Part shown: in pieces, positions 29,001 through 37,775 of the stretch
Numbering within the stretch: position 1 is the stretch's first letter
Layout of the letters: each line of letters begins with the position of its first letter
From: an uncultured Methanosarcinales archaeon
GTDB taxonomy: Archaea; Nanobdellota; Nanobdellia; Woesearchaeales; GW2011-AR9
Assembly (NCBI GenBank): GCA_964343575.1
Contig: CAYFJV010000001.1
Coordinates: 472,705 to 536,704, forward strand
Direction: 5' to 3'
Length of the DNA: 64,000 bases
Notes under the pieces: generated by a model
The model's database searches: none
Seen by the model: only the letters and a program-made list of their open reading frames with translations
Told to the model about the DNA's origin: nothing
Made by a program: the position numbers and the translations under genes

Positions 29001-29847
29001 TGTTTGTACCAAGATCACAAGCAACAGAGTCTAGGAGAACAAGCCCAGAAGCAGCAAAGAAATCGTTGTAATAAATGTCACATGTAAAAGCAGTGTCAAC
29101 AACATCTGAAACTTCGTACTCAATGGTAATAGTTCCTCGAAGCTCTTCGCCACCATTTGGCGCAATAACAGTTACTTCTGGAGCAACGTTAAGCACAGTA
29201 AGGGTTGCAGTTGCTTCTACTGCCCATCCAGCAGCATCAGTTACAGTTACAGACATTGGGAAGTCCCCATTGTTGTCGATTCCAAGAGCAACTAGATCGT
29301 CCCAAGTAAGATCAAGAGTATCTTCTCCTTCACCGGTAGTGTAATCAATGGTTCCATCATCATTAAGGTCCCATTCATAGGAAACAAGCGGAGAAAGATC
29401 GTCAACATCAGCAGAAGCGGAAGCATCTAAAGTAACTCCTTGTCCTTCGTCGATGGTTTCGTCATCCAAAGCAGGGACAGGAGGGGTTTTATCTAAAGTA
29501 AAAGTGCCGGTGATCTCATCGGGAGATTGACAGCTAGAAACTAATCGCACTTGGTATTCTGCACCATCTGTAAGCGCACTGGTGTCCCAATCATAAGATT
29601 CGTCTTGTGCACTTACTGAATCGACAGATACCCAAGAGCCTGGCGCTCCTGCAGCATCACTAAATTCAACAAAGACAGCATCTGTTGGCGCACCGCAAGT
29701 GCCAATGTGATCCCAAGTAATGGTCACCACATCACCTCCAAGATACTCTCCACCAAGTGGAGAAGTCAAATCAATATCTGCAGCAAGAACACTTGTTGCC
29801 AACAACGCTATCACCATAAGAACTACTACAACTTTTGCTTGTTTCAT
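26098..29847 (-). CDS. large acidic surface protein with PKD/Ig-like repeats and a long coiled coil
   Basis: Signal peptide; YEWDLNDDG, IDFDDG, IDWGD, HTY and NVAP PKD signatures; about 330-aa heptad region. Confidence 0.88.
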   Translation of the reverse strand: MKQAKVVVVLMVIALLATSVLAADIDLTSPLGGEYLGGDVVTITWDHIGTCGAPTDAVFVEFSDAAGAPGSWVSVDSVSAQDESYDWDTSALTDGAEYQVRLVSSCQSPDEITGTFTLDKTPPVPALDDETIDEGQGVTLDASASADVDDLSPLVSYEWDLNDDGTIDYTTGEGEDTLDLTWDDLVALGIDNNGDFPMSVTVTDAAGWAVEATATLTVLNVAPEVTVIAPNGGEELRGTITIEYEVSDVVDTAFTCDIYYNDFFAASGLVLLDSVACDLGTNTYDAATFPADTDDVIVHVEVSDGDDTATDESDASFLIDNTLPVVDAGVDQTVDEGDEVLFDFLVEDGLLPSGSWFDDQVDSYFIDFDDGETLTTDDISDIGHTYTDNGVYSVVLRATDDVGLMWQDTVVITVNNVAPTFDALVAQSDEVEGGDLELLEIRFSDVGSADTHSVTIDWGDLSTDIVDPATSPVEDIVHTYEEDGTYTVVITITDDDGDSDTHSVDFTFDNVAPTVLITTPEDDDYLAGEVDVEWESFDAGVLDDVDMLVEYSDDGVDWDVIDSFTESAPVDGTYTTTWDTTPLHDGTYTLRVTVTDDEGGSSEDTVISLIIDNTAPVTLAYEASYDAFSPGSFVWFTGVATDTSPIASAEVVILDEFFDEVLRIPMDTDDGAFDEATEDLAVWAEVDLPEGVYSFYISATDVSGNELNPDLTLFFTETFIVDETHPVYTSEDIDAFIDHLQTQIDANDADIVDLQAQIDAHTLDIADLQDQIDVLSADVDANEAAIAVLEAEMDVVEADIADLELDIADLQAQIDDHTADIADIYSLIDTLETDVDALEARMDTVESDVATLQSDLDLVETDLDVLEIDFAELEAYVLLLYTADEVDAFIADLQDQIDSHTADIDAIGVEIDALDTRVTENEAEIAALELAVTELEADVAEHATELADHETRIAALEADVAGALVDIAALEADLAILEGEVDANTAAITTLQTDLAELDLEVDGLSSDLSALDTRVTDAEADIIALDASFTTLSSDLTALDTRITALDAEVTAYFAFSITDLTTTTQTSDAYDVSVETSSGASCTITDALDATVSTTTVAGTTTHTLSVADGTLGLNIYNVECTEDTYGFTVETTVWVELIGFYNIMVPGSGDGFTSKFPNFFLSLNQLEEAGLADYDVATVLTATDGPDAQRLTTDDVDMVWAYNGTDWASYNVTNATGDFTEFNWTDVPAYYELELFDSAAGKAIMH

Positions 29848-29866
29848 AGATAAAACACCCCAATCT

Positions 29867-29888
29867 TACATCAATTGGTATTGATGTA
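29867..29888. promoter_or_regulatory. perfect inverted repeat TACATCAAT-N4-ATTGATGTA in the leader of the surface-protein gene
   Basis: 9-bp arms, just upstream of a GGGGTG ribosome-binding-like site. Confidence 0.4.
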
Positions 29889-30122
29889 TGTTATATTTAG
29901 ATAATTTTCAAAACGAAAAATTCACGGAGGAAGTTGGTCTAAAATGTTTATAAAGATTTGTTTACTCAAGTAGCCAGGCAAAAATGGTGCGAAGTTTTGT
30001 AGTTGTTAAAATTTCTTTATTTACTTCTTTCTTCTTGAGGATTGAATAATTTTTTTGATGAGAAAGCGCAGCGAGTATACGAAGACATAATCTTTATATA
30101 CAAATTTGTATTCCACTTGGGA

Positions 30123-30518
30123 ATGGTTATTCTCTTTGATGCCTACAACCTACCAGAGGACATTTACCAAGTTGTATTTGCAACTAAACAACAAGAGATT
30201 GTTGCAAAGATGCTTGTTGCTTACATGTTTGAAAATGGCGGTGAAATTGGCAAAACAGAAATGAGTTTGTTTGCTACTCGTTTGCATGAAGGTAAAGCAG
30301 TTGTTAAAGTACAAGGGCGTTCTGTTTTAGAAAGTGAACAAAAGATTTCTTACAACAAAAGGCAGTTTTATGATCGAATCTTAACACCGATGAAAGGATT
30401 GGGTTTAATTGATTACGACATGTACAAAAAAACCTATAGGATTTCTGAGCGTTTCAATAAAGTGATGATCAAAGTTGGCTTGATGTGGCTTCGTGAGCTG
30501 GGCAAACATCAGAAGTGA
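30123..30518 (+). CDS. hypothetical winged-helix-like protein
   Basis: RQFYDRILTPMKGLGLIDYD...TYRIS pattern; start moved to MVILFD. Confidence 0.65.
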   Translation: MVILFDAYNLPEDIYQVVFATKQQEIVAKMLVAYMFENGGEIGKTEMSLFATRLHEGKAVVKVQGRSVLESEQKISYNKRQFYDRILTPMKGLGLIDYDMYKKTYRISERFNKVMIKVGLMWLRELGKHQK

Positions 30519-30529
30519 GGTTTGTCAAA

Positions 30530-30663
30530 CAAATTTGACTACCACCGGTCAATAGACCAGTGGTATGCTCGCTTCGCTCGGGTCAAATTTGCGACCCTTA
30601 GCTTTCCAAATAATGCGAACATTGCTGAACTCTACCAGTGAAGTACATTGGTGGAAAGCTAAG
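30530..30663. other. structured intergenic element (two branched stem-loops), candidate ncRNA or REP/MITE-like repeat
   Basis: CAAATTTGAC/GTCAAATTTG and CTTAGCTTTCCA/TGGAAAGCTAAG perfect stems with internal hairpins. Confidence 0.55.
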
Positions 30664-30788
30664 ATTCTATATTTTTTCTTGGGGAAATTTTCTGTTTTTA
30701 ACAGAATTTAAGGCATTTTTCAAATTTAACCACTTTTCTGTAGTGAAATTTAGAAAACTTTATAAATAGGGCTTTTTGGGGAAGGTTG

Positions 30789-32735
30789 ATGTCAATTACT
30801 CTTGAACCTGAAACTCCAGAAAGAAAATTTCCCATGTATCATTTCCATGCCAGTACAGATGTGGGGCTTCAAAGGAGCGAAAATCAAGACAGATACTTAG
30901 CTGAGGGTTTGGCTGGAGAGCTTGGTCTTTTTGTTGTTGCAGATGGTGCTGGAGGTTACAAAGGGGGGGCGCTGGCTGCTCAAACTACGGTCGATGCTTT
31001 TCTCGAGACACTCAAAGAAGTAGTTGGGGAAAGTGATACGGGCAGAAGGTACTTAGAGGCAAGGGATGATTCTGCAGACTCTGATTTAGAGAGATATGTT
31101 CTTAGTAAAAAGCAAGCAGCCCATGTTGTTCTAGAAGGGAGCCGACGTGCTAGGCGAGATGTGCTTGCCCTACAAGCAAGTGACAAAGAGTTAGCAAATG
31201 CTTCATCAACAGTTGTTGTGGCTTGTCTTTACGAAATTCCAGAGGAAGAAAGGGTAAAGAGAGGACCAAGTGTGGGGGTTGCCTATGCTTGGTTGGGAGA
31301 TTCAAGAGCTTACAAACATGATTGTATAAAGTCAAAATTAGAACAACTCACAAGCGACCATGATGGAGCAACTTATTCTCTCTTAAAGAAGGGAATTGAT
31401 CCCAGAGAAAGTAGAGAAAATGAGAGAATGGCTAAAGACCATGCGGCACAAGGAAAATTAACCGCTTGTGTAAACATGGAAATGCCAGATCTCTTCGCAG
31501 ATGATCCAATCTTAGAGGGCGAAGGTTATGTTCACCATACCACATTGGGTTCAAACGAATCACTTCTACTTACCTGCGATGGATCTACAGACAAAACATA
31601 CAATGGAGAGCTTGAACGAATTTGTAATAGGAATACTTATGGGGGGGCTACTCAAACTGGAGACCTTCGAGAGATAAACAAAGAAATTCTTCATCTTGCA
31701 AATCAACTACGGGGGGGCCACGATAATATAACTACAATTGCAGTTACCGCAGACTACATTGGAGATGATAATGAGAGAAGAAAGCGAGAAAGAAGGAAAT
31801 GGGAGAAAATAAGGCTTCGTGAACTAAGAGAATATGCTCTTTTGTCAGAAGAAGTTGTCGATAAAGCTGCAGGCCAGATTGGGCGCCTCCAGAGAGATGT
31901 GGGAAAACTCACTCAAGCAAAAGAAGAGCTACAAGGTAACTCAGATCAAGCAGCTAAATTTAGTAGGGAGTGGAAGGAAGCGTGTGAGCAACGTGATGAA
32001 CAAATTAGGAAAGGTAATGAAGCCATTGCTAACCTCAACACGACAAATGCTGCGCTTACAGCCCAAATCGCTGAAGGTCAACGGCAATACACTCGAAGAG
32101 GAAGATGGTTAGGAGCTACAACTGCAGGATTTGTTCTGACAGGTCTTGTTGCCCTTGCTTCAACTGCAGGAAATCTGTATCAAGCACATCGACTCAATCA
32201 AGCAAGAGCTCTTGCTGCTCAGGGACTTACTGCAGAATCGTGTGAAAGTGCTCATCCTTGTCCAAAAGAACAAATTCCGGCAACTTATTGTGATGCTGAC
32301 GTTGCAGGTGCAATTGAGCCATTGCAAAGAAGAGTTACAGAATTAAATGGTCAAGTAAGCGACTTAGAATCAAGTAATGCTGCTCTTAGAAAAGCTGCTC
32401 CAACTGAAGTAGACTGTTCAGTTCCTTCTTTAGATGAACTTACTACAAGGGCAGATGTTCTTGCATGGTCTGAACAAGCTTGTTCTGCGACAATGGAAAC
32501 CCACACAATGGCAAGTGTAGCAATTAGAAATTATACTGCTGCCCACCAAAGAATCCCGGTTGCTGTTCTCGCAGGTGAGATTAATTGTGGGGAAGCGAGA
32601 GTAAGATACCAAGAGGTCGTAAGTGGACCTCTCTCAGCAGAGCTTGCACAAAATGGTGATGGCGCTGCCCTTATGAAAGGAGATTTTGACCGACAAGCAA
32701 AAGAAAATCTTGCAGTTGTATGTCCCGAAGAATGA
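30789..32735 (+). CDS. PP2C (PPM) Ser/Thr phosphatase with coiled coil, TM and Cys-rich C-terminal domain
   Basis: DVGLQRSENQD, VVADGAGG, WLGDSRAY, LTSDH, LLTCDG, GGHDNIT. Confidence 0.9.
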   Translation: MSITLEPETPERKFPMYHFHASTDVGLQRSENQDRYLAEGLAGELGLFVVADGAGGYKGGALAAQTTVDAFLETLKEVVGESDTGRRYLEARDDSADSDLERYVLSKKQAAHVVLEGSRRARRDVLALQASDKELANASSTVVVACLYEIPEEERVKRGPSVGVAYAWLGDSRAYKHDCIKSKLEQLTSDHDGATYSLLKKGIDPRESRENERMAKDHAAQGKLTACVNMEMPDLFADDPILEGEGYVHHTTLGSNESLLLTCDGSTDKTYNGELERICNRNTYGGATQTGDLREINKEILHLANQLRGGHDNITTIAVTADYIGDDNERRKRERRKWEKIRLRELREYALLSEEVVDKAAGQIGRLQRDVGKLTQAKEELQGNSDQAAKFSREWKEACEQRDEQIRKGNEAIANLNTTNAALTAQIAEGQRQYTRRGRWLGATTAGFVLTGLVALASTAGNLYQAHRLNQARALAAQGLTAESCESAHPCPKEQIPATYCDADVAGAIEPLQRRVTELNGQVSDLESSNAALRKAAPTEVDCSVPSLDELTTRADVLAWSEQACSATMETHTMASVAIRNYTAAHQRIPVAVLAGEINCGEARVRYQEVVSGPLSAELAQNGDGAALMKGDFDRQAKENLAVVCPEE

Positions 32736-32793
32736 TTTTCTCAATCCTAATCCTTTCTTAAACTAAAAGAGTTATAACAAAAGAAGTAAAGAA

Positions 32794-33699
32794 TTATTCT
32801 TTCATTGCTTGGAATGCTAAGATGTCTTCAGTAGAAAGTTTCTTTCCTTTCTTCATCTTTTCTTTGACTTCTTGCGTTTTCTGCGCAACTTGTTTTTTGA
32901 AAGCTTGCTCTTTTTTGATACCAAGCTGACCTTCAATTTCTTTCATTTGTTTAGCTAGCTCATCAACTTTTGGTTTGATCTCTTCACACTTTCCTTTAAG
33001 TTCAAGATATTTTTCAGAAAGAGGTTTCTCCTCTGAGCGAAGTTCTTTGATTTCCCCAATGAAAGTGCCAATCTTTTCGTGACGCTCTTGAGATTGCTGC
33101 GCTAGATCTTGCACTTGTTGATGCACATCCTCGGCTTTCTTACGAGAATCAACAAGCTTTGCTTTAATCTCTCCTGCAGCTTGCTGTTGCTCCTGACGCT
33201 CTTGCGCTGCTCCAGCTAAAGAGGCAAGCTCCGCTTTGAGCTCCTTAATCTTTTTCTTAAGTCCTTTCTCTTTGTCATAGGACATAACACTAGTCTCAAT
33301 TTGCTCTTCGAGCTTCTCAACTTCTTTTCTCATCTGGTCAGGAGTCTTCTTTCGATCACGGCGATCTCCTCTTCTGCCAAATCTTTGAGAATAATTTTCT
33401 TGAGGAACTCTTTGTTTCTGACTTGCTTGTCTATGTTGACCAGCATGACTTTTTACTTCCTTATGAAGCACTTCACGCTGACCTTTAAGCTCACGCACTT
33501 GCTTTGTAAGACCGTCTCGCTGCTCTTTGAGCTCTTTAATCCTTTGATTGCGAGATTTTATCTTGTCTGTGATAGAACGTAATTTGCGATAATTCTCTTC
33601 CTTTTCTTTAGAAAAAGCAGAGAGCTGAGATTTTAAGGTAGAAAACTCTTGCTTGAGAGTACTATATTTCTCTTGCAATGCACTTGTATCTTTGGTCAT
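32794..33699 (-). CDS. archaeal coiled-coil protein (COG1340-like)
   Basis: Continuous coiled coil ending in KMKKGKKLSTEDILAFQ. Confidence 0.75.
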   Translation of the reverse strand: MTKDTSALQEKYSTLKQEFSTLKSQLSAFSKEKEENYRKLRSITDKIKSRNQRIKELKEQRDGLTKQVRELKGQREVLHKEVKSHAGQHRQASQKQRVPQENYSQRFGRRGDRRDRKKTPDQMRKEVEKLEEQIETSVMSYDKEKGLKKKIKELKAELASLAGAAQERQEQQQAAGEIKAKLVDSRKKAEDVHQQVQDLAQQSQERHEKIGTFIGEIKELRSEEKPLSEKYLELKGKCEEIKPKVDELAKQMKEIEGQLGIKKEQAFKKQVAQKTQEVKEKMKKGKKLSTEDILAFQAMKE

Positions 33700-33807
33700 T
33701 CTCGTTGGTCACATCCAGGTCTTATTCAATAAAATAAAACGCAGGCAGCTTTTGGCCACCCAGTTTGAAATGAAGTTAAGAAAAAAAGGAAAAACTGATT
33801 GCTCAGC

Positions 33808-34122
33808 CTATCCGAAAAGAGCTCCAAGACCTGCGGAAGCTGCTGCTTCTGCCTTCTTGTCATCTTCTTTCTTAGCTTCTTTCTTCTCTTCAGCAGGAGC
33901 TGCTCCACCGGCTGCTGGTGCTGCTGCTGCGGGAGCCGCTGCAACAGTTGCTGCTTTTGCAATTGCTTCTTCGATGTTTACTCCTTGAAGAGCTGCTACA
34001 AGAGCTTTTACTCGAGCTTCATCAACAGTTACGCCAGCTGCGCTTAAGACAGCTTTAACTGCATCTTCAGTGATATCTTTTCCTGCTTTATGTAATAACA
34101 TTGCGCTGTAAATGTATTCCAT
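33808..34122 (-). CDS. rpl12: ribosomal stalk protein P1 (aL12)
   Basis: [11 protein letters not shown]...GLGALFG. Confidence 0.97.
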   Translation of the reverse strand: MEYIYSAMLLHKAGKDITEDAVKAVLSAAGVTVDEARVKALVAALQGVNIEEAIAKAATVAAAPAAAAPAAGGAAPAEEKKEAKKEDDKKAEAAASAGLGALFG

Positions 34123-34167
34123 TTTGAGTTTCCTCCTTGAATTTTATTCAGTTTCTATTTTTATTTT

Positions 34168-35007
34168 TTAAAGATTAGCGTCGGTTTTGACAGAAAGCGC
34201 TTGCCTTTCTGCTTTAGCCAATACTTCATCAGTAGTGTCTGGACTTAGTACGCCACCTTCCAGAGCAACTCCTTTAGCTTCTCTGAATGCTTTTTGTACC
34301 AAGACTTCGGCAGTGTCTGCACAGACATAAGCTGCTTCAACAGCTAAATTCATAGCCCATTGAGCTGCTTGTGTAAATTGTGCTTCGTATTCTGCTTCAT
34401 CAATACGTAGATCTTTTGCATTGAAAATGAATCCTTCTTCCCAAGCTGCAACTAAATCAAGACCAATTTCCATTGGTTTGATGTCAAGACGCTTAAGACT
34501 CTCTGCCAGCTTAGCAGAGATTTCATCCCCTTCTTTAGCCACAGTTGCATCACTGATGATCTCTAACTTTCCAGCATTTACTTTGGTCTTAATCCCAACA
34601 GCTGCAAGCTCTGAGATAATTGGACCGGGTGCAAAGTTGGTCATCCCTGCTTTTACCACGATCTCTTTAGGAGCAATCTGCCCTGCTTTTGCTGGAGCTT
34701 CGGATTTGCTCTTTTGTAAGATTGCGTAAAGAGTAAAAGGGTTATCATTGCTAAAAAGAAGCGCAGGCATTCCTGGCATTCTCTCGCAAAGTGCAAGAAG
34801 ATTATCTTTTCCTGCTGCTTCTAAAGCTCGCTTAAGTAACTTCTTACGAGCCATAATGATAGTTACTCCCTTCTTTTGCAGGCTAGCTTTCATCTTTTGA
34901 AGCTGCTGCGCCGGGAGAGACTGCATGTTTACCACAGCGACTATGGAGTGGTCTTTAGCAAGAGTAGACAAGTCTTTCACTAACTTGATTTTTTTCTCAC
35001 TAACCAT
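34168..35007 (-). CDS. rpl10: ribosomal protein uL10 (P0)
   Basis: PAKAGQIAP, TNFAPGP, LDIKPMEIGL. Confidence 0.95.
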   Translation of the reverse strand: MVSEKKIKLVKDLSTLAKDHSIVAVVNMQSLPAQQLQKMKASLQKKGVTIIMARKKLLKRALEAAGKDNLLALCERMPGMPALLFSNDNPFTLYAILQKSKSEAPAKAGQIAPKEIVVKAGMTNFAPGPIISELAAVGIKTKVNAGKLEIISDATVAKEGDEISAKLAESLKRLDIKPMEIGLDLVAAWEEGFIFNAKDLRIDEAEYEAQFTQAAQWAMNLAVEAAYVCADTAEVLVQKAFREAKGVALEGGVLSPDTTDEVLAKAERQALSVKTDANL

Positions 35008-35008
35008 C

Positions 35009-35656
35009 TTATTCCACCACCACCGGTTTACCCATGGTAAGTTTTAACTGTACTTTTTTCACGTTTTGAAACTCGTTTGGAAGGTTCTTCACAGCATAGT
35101 TATAAGCAGTGATAATGTTATCAGCTACTTGATCATCTGCCATGTCTTCTTTTCCAACGATGGATTGTAAGTTAGTTGCCTTTTTTGCAGAAAATTTGAT
35201 TGTTTTACCAAGCTTTACCATAAGCGGAGCAAGGTTTGCATTTGGAGGCACTACACAACCTGTTTTTGGGTTAGGCATCTTTCCTCGAGTTCCCAAAGTT
35301 CGCCCGAAAGCAGCTGCTACCTTTGGCATCAGTGTTGCTTGAGCCACGAAATAATCGTATTCTTGAGCTAACTTCTTGCTCTTTGCCTTATCCTTCTTAT
35401 AGCCATCAAACTCAGATTCAGTGATGGTAAGATCACAGTTCTTTTTTGCTTCCTCTTCCAGTTCAGGACCAACAAAAGCAGCAACTTTTACCTTTCTTCC
35501 TTTAGGATGAGGTAAGGTTACGAAGAAGTTAAGCGGATTTGCTTTGATGTTAATGTTCTTGAGGTTGATAATCAAATCATAAGACTGAGTAAACTTTCGT
35601 TTAGGACCTGCCTTTTTTACCTCGGCAATTGCTTTTAAAACGCTATCTTTATTCAT
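35009..35656 (-). CDS. rpl1: ribosomal protein uL1
   Basis: RKFTQSYDLIINL, LGTRGKMP, KLTMGKP. Confidence 0.95.
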   Translation of the reverse strand: MNKDSVLKAIAEVKKAGPKRKFTQSYDLIINLKNINIKANPLNFFVTLPHPKGRKVKVAAFVGPELEEEAKKNCDLTITESEFDGYKKDKAKSKKLAQEYDYFVAQATLMPKVAAAFGRTLGTRGKMPNPKTGCVVPPNANLAPLMVKLGKTIKFSAKKATNLQSIVGKEDMADDQVADNIITAYNYAVKNLPNEFQNVKKVQLKLTMGKPVVVE

Positions 35657-35829
35657 TTTTTCCTCCTACGCTAGGTAGTTCTATCGGATAGAGCCAATGT
35701 TTTGCTCTATTTGGCCTTGGAGTGAGCTCATTTATAAAGTTTTTGGGAGGTGTGGAGGCAATTCAAAAGCTAGGAGCCAAGAATTTGCTTTTGGTAACAT
35801 TTATATCCCTTTGTTTCTTCGTTTTTCTC

Positions 35830-36087
35830 ATGAAATCTGTAACTCTCTATACTAAATCTTATTGTCCTTACTGTCACAAAGCTAAAGCACTTCTTTCTAG
35901 CAAGGGAGTGAAGTTTAAAGAAATTGATTATGGCGCTTTAGGTGATTCTGAGAAAGAGAAGTTGTTTGAGAAAACAGATGGATACATGAGTGTGCCACAG
36001 ATCTTTATTGGCGATGTGTTTGTTGGTGGTTCTGATGATCTGCATGCGCTCGAGAAAAGTGGCAAGCTTGATGAGATGTTGAAATGA
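35830..36087 (+). CDS. grxC: glutaredoxin (Grx3-like)
   Basis: CPYC, SVPQIFI, VGGSDDL. Confidence 0.92.
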   Translation: MKSVTLYTKSYCPYCHKAKALLSSKGVKFKEIDYGALGDSEKEKLFEKTDGYMSVPQIFIGDVFVGGSDDLHALEKSGKLDEMLK

Positions 36088-36129
36088 TTAATGGTTTTGG
36101 TTCTTGTTTGGCAGTTTTGTTGGTGAAAG

Positions 36130-36921
36130 ATGAAAGTTAGTTTCTTTGAAGAGTTTCCAGATGATAAAAGGAGTCTGGAGAAGATTAAGTTAATTTCTTT
36201 TCCTTCTAATTTATTCGTTGCTGCAAAGAGTTTGGATGAATTTTTGAAGTATAAAAAGAGAATTGAAGGTTATGGAAATAAATGGATTGGTGAGATTGTC
36301 TATTGGCCAATTTTGAGTCGAGAAGAGGGGTATTGGTTCAGTCCTTTTGCGAGAAGAAGTGGGGTTGAGAGGATCTTTTCTGAGTTGCGTAGTGGGAAAG
36401 GGACAAAAGTTCCTGTTATGTTAGATTTAGAGTTTCCCATTACCCGTAATCCCTTGTTGTTGTTTACGCAATTCTTTCATTTCTTTGGTAATAAGAGGAG
36501 AATTAGAAGATTCCTAAAAGAGAGGGTTGCCTCAGGGGTTGGGACTTATACTGTCGAGTATCCTTTTTCTAGTTGGTTGATGAGAAGTTTGTTTACTTTT
36601 TTGGGCGCAAGTTATTCTGTTTCAGGCCTATATCGTATGAAAATGTATTACCATTCTTTGCATCCTTTTAGTGAAACTTTGTTTCGCAGAAGACTTTCTT
36701 CCTTGGTTGGAAAATTTGGCGAGCGTTTTGTTCCTGGGCTTGGTTGCACTGCAGTTGGTATTCATGGCAATGAGCCTTTGCTGAGCACTGCCGAGTTTGG
36801 GAGAGATCTGCGGATCTGTTCTGAGGAAAAGGTTGGTGAGGTTGTGGTGTTTCGCTTGGGTGGATTAACTAAGGAACAGGTTAAAGTGATTAAAGAAGTA
36901 AGAAAAAATGGAAGTAACTAG
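36130..36921 (+). CDS. hypothetical protein, possibly a TIM-barrel fold
   Basis: MLDLEFP and VVVFRLGG; family not assigned. Confidence 0.6.
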   Translation: MKVSFFEEFPDDKRSLEKIKLISFPSNLFVAAKSLDEFLKYKKRIEGYGNKWIGEIVYWPILSREEGYWFSPFARRSGVERIFSELRSGKGTKVPVMLDLEFPITRNPLLLFTQFFHFFGNKRRIRRFLKERVASGVGTYTVEYPFSSWLMRSLFTFLGASYSVSGLYRMKMYYHSLHPFSETLFRRRLSSLVGKFGERFVPGLGCTAVGIHGNEPLLSTAEFGRDLRICSEEKVGEVVVFRLGGLTKEQVKVIKEVRKNGSN

Positions 36922-37679
36922 AGTCTTAACTTTGCTTTGATTTCGTCATTGAGTCTTCCATGAGGAGGGACTCTTGTTGGCAGCCAAAGAGTACAAGCCG
37001 AAGGTCCAGGACTTACAAGATCTAATACTCTTTCCCTTGCAGCGTTATCAACAGAGTATCCTGCAGCAAGACCTGCAGCGTGAAGCGTATGTTCTCTACT
37101 TCTAGTCACTGTCCATGTTGAATAGACAAACTTAAGGATATCAAGAGCAGCAGCTTGAGTTTTATCATTTTCATCATAGACACCGTCAAAGTCTAACCAT
37201 CTTGCCCTTCCCCCTTGAACATTGAGGTTTTTTACGTGTGCATCGCCGATGACAGAACCTAAAGTATGAATCTCTTCTAATGATGCGAAACCATGAGTAA
37301 GGGCATTGTGTAGATCCCCTTTATCACTTAACTCTCTGAAGTTTCTTCCGACAATATGTTCTCGAAGAAGAACATGTCTCTTATCATCGTAAGCAAGAAG
37401 AGTTGGAGCCACATCATAACCAGCTAATTCTTCTAAAACTCGTGCTTCTCTAGCAAGGGCTTCTCCTGGTTTTGCCCACTCTCTTGTTCCGCCAAAAAAG
37501 AACCTGTCTTGAGCAAGATACCAAGCCTGAATCGCGGGGTTGAGTTGTCTTTCCATCTTGACAACTCCTTGCAGGTTCTCTTCTCTTCCAATTTCAATGG
37601 GAAAGACAATGTGAGTTGCACGATAATTTGGCGCATCACGGAACTGTTCTGGGTGTTCAAGAAACTTAGAGTAATCCAT
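36918..37679 (-). CDS. protein-kinase-like enzyme (RIO/Bud32/Kdo-like)
   Basis: VVKME, REARVL, APTLL, HTLGSVIGDAHVKN, WLDFD; start moved to MDYSKF. Confidence 0.75.
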   Translation of the reverse strand: MDYSKFLEHPEQFRDAPNYRATHIVFPIEIGREENLQGVVKMERQLNPAIQAWYLAQDRFFFGGTREWAKPGEALAREARVLEELAGYDVAPTLLAYDDKRHVLLREHIVGRNFRELSDKGDLHNALTHGFASLEEIHTLGSVIGDAHVKNLNVQGGRARWLDFDGVYDENDKTQAAALDILKFVYSTWTVTRSREHTLHAAGLAAGYSVDNAARERVLDLVSPGPSACTLWLPTRVPPHGRLNDEIKAKLRL

Positions 37680-37775
37680 GACTTGGCCTTGAATCACTCC
37701 TTTAAGAGTTTTATCATTTTTTTGTGCACAATCCAAAGATTTATTTAGTGTCTGGTCTTCTCTTTTAGAGGGATT

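Noticed and set aside
30716..30757. CACT...AGTG imperfect palindromes upstream of orphan genes (also about 40151)
   Set aside because: Too short and variable in AT-rich DNA to support a shared motif without statistics
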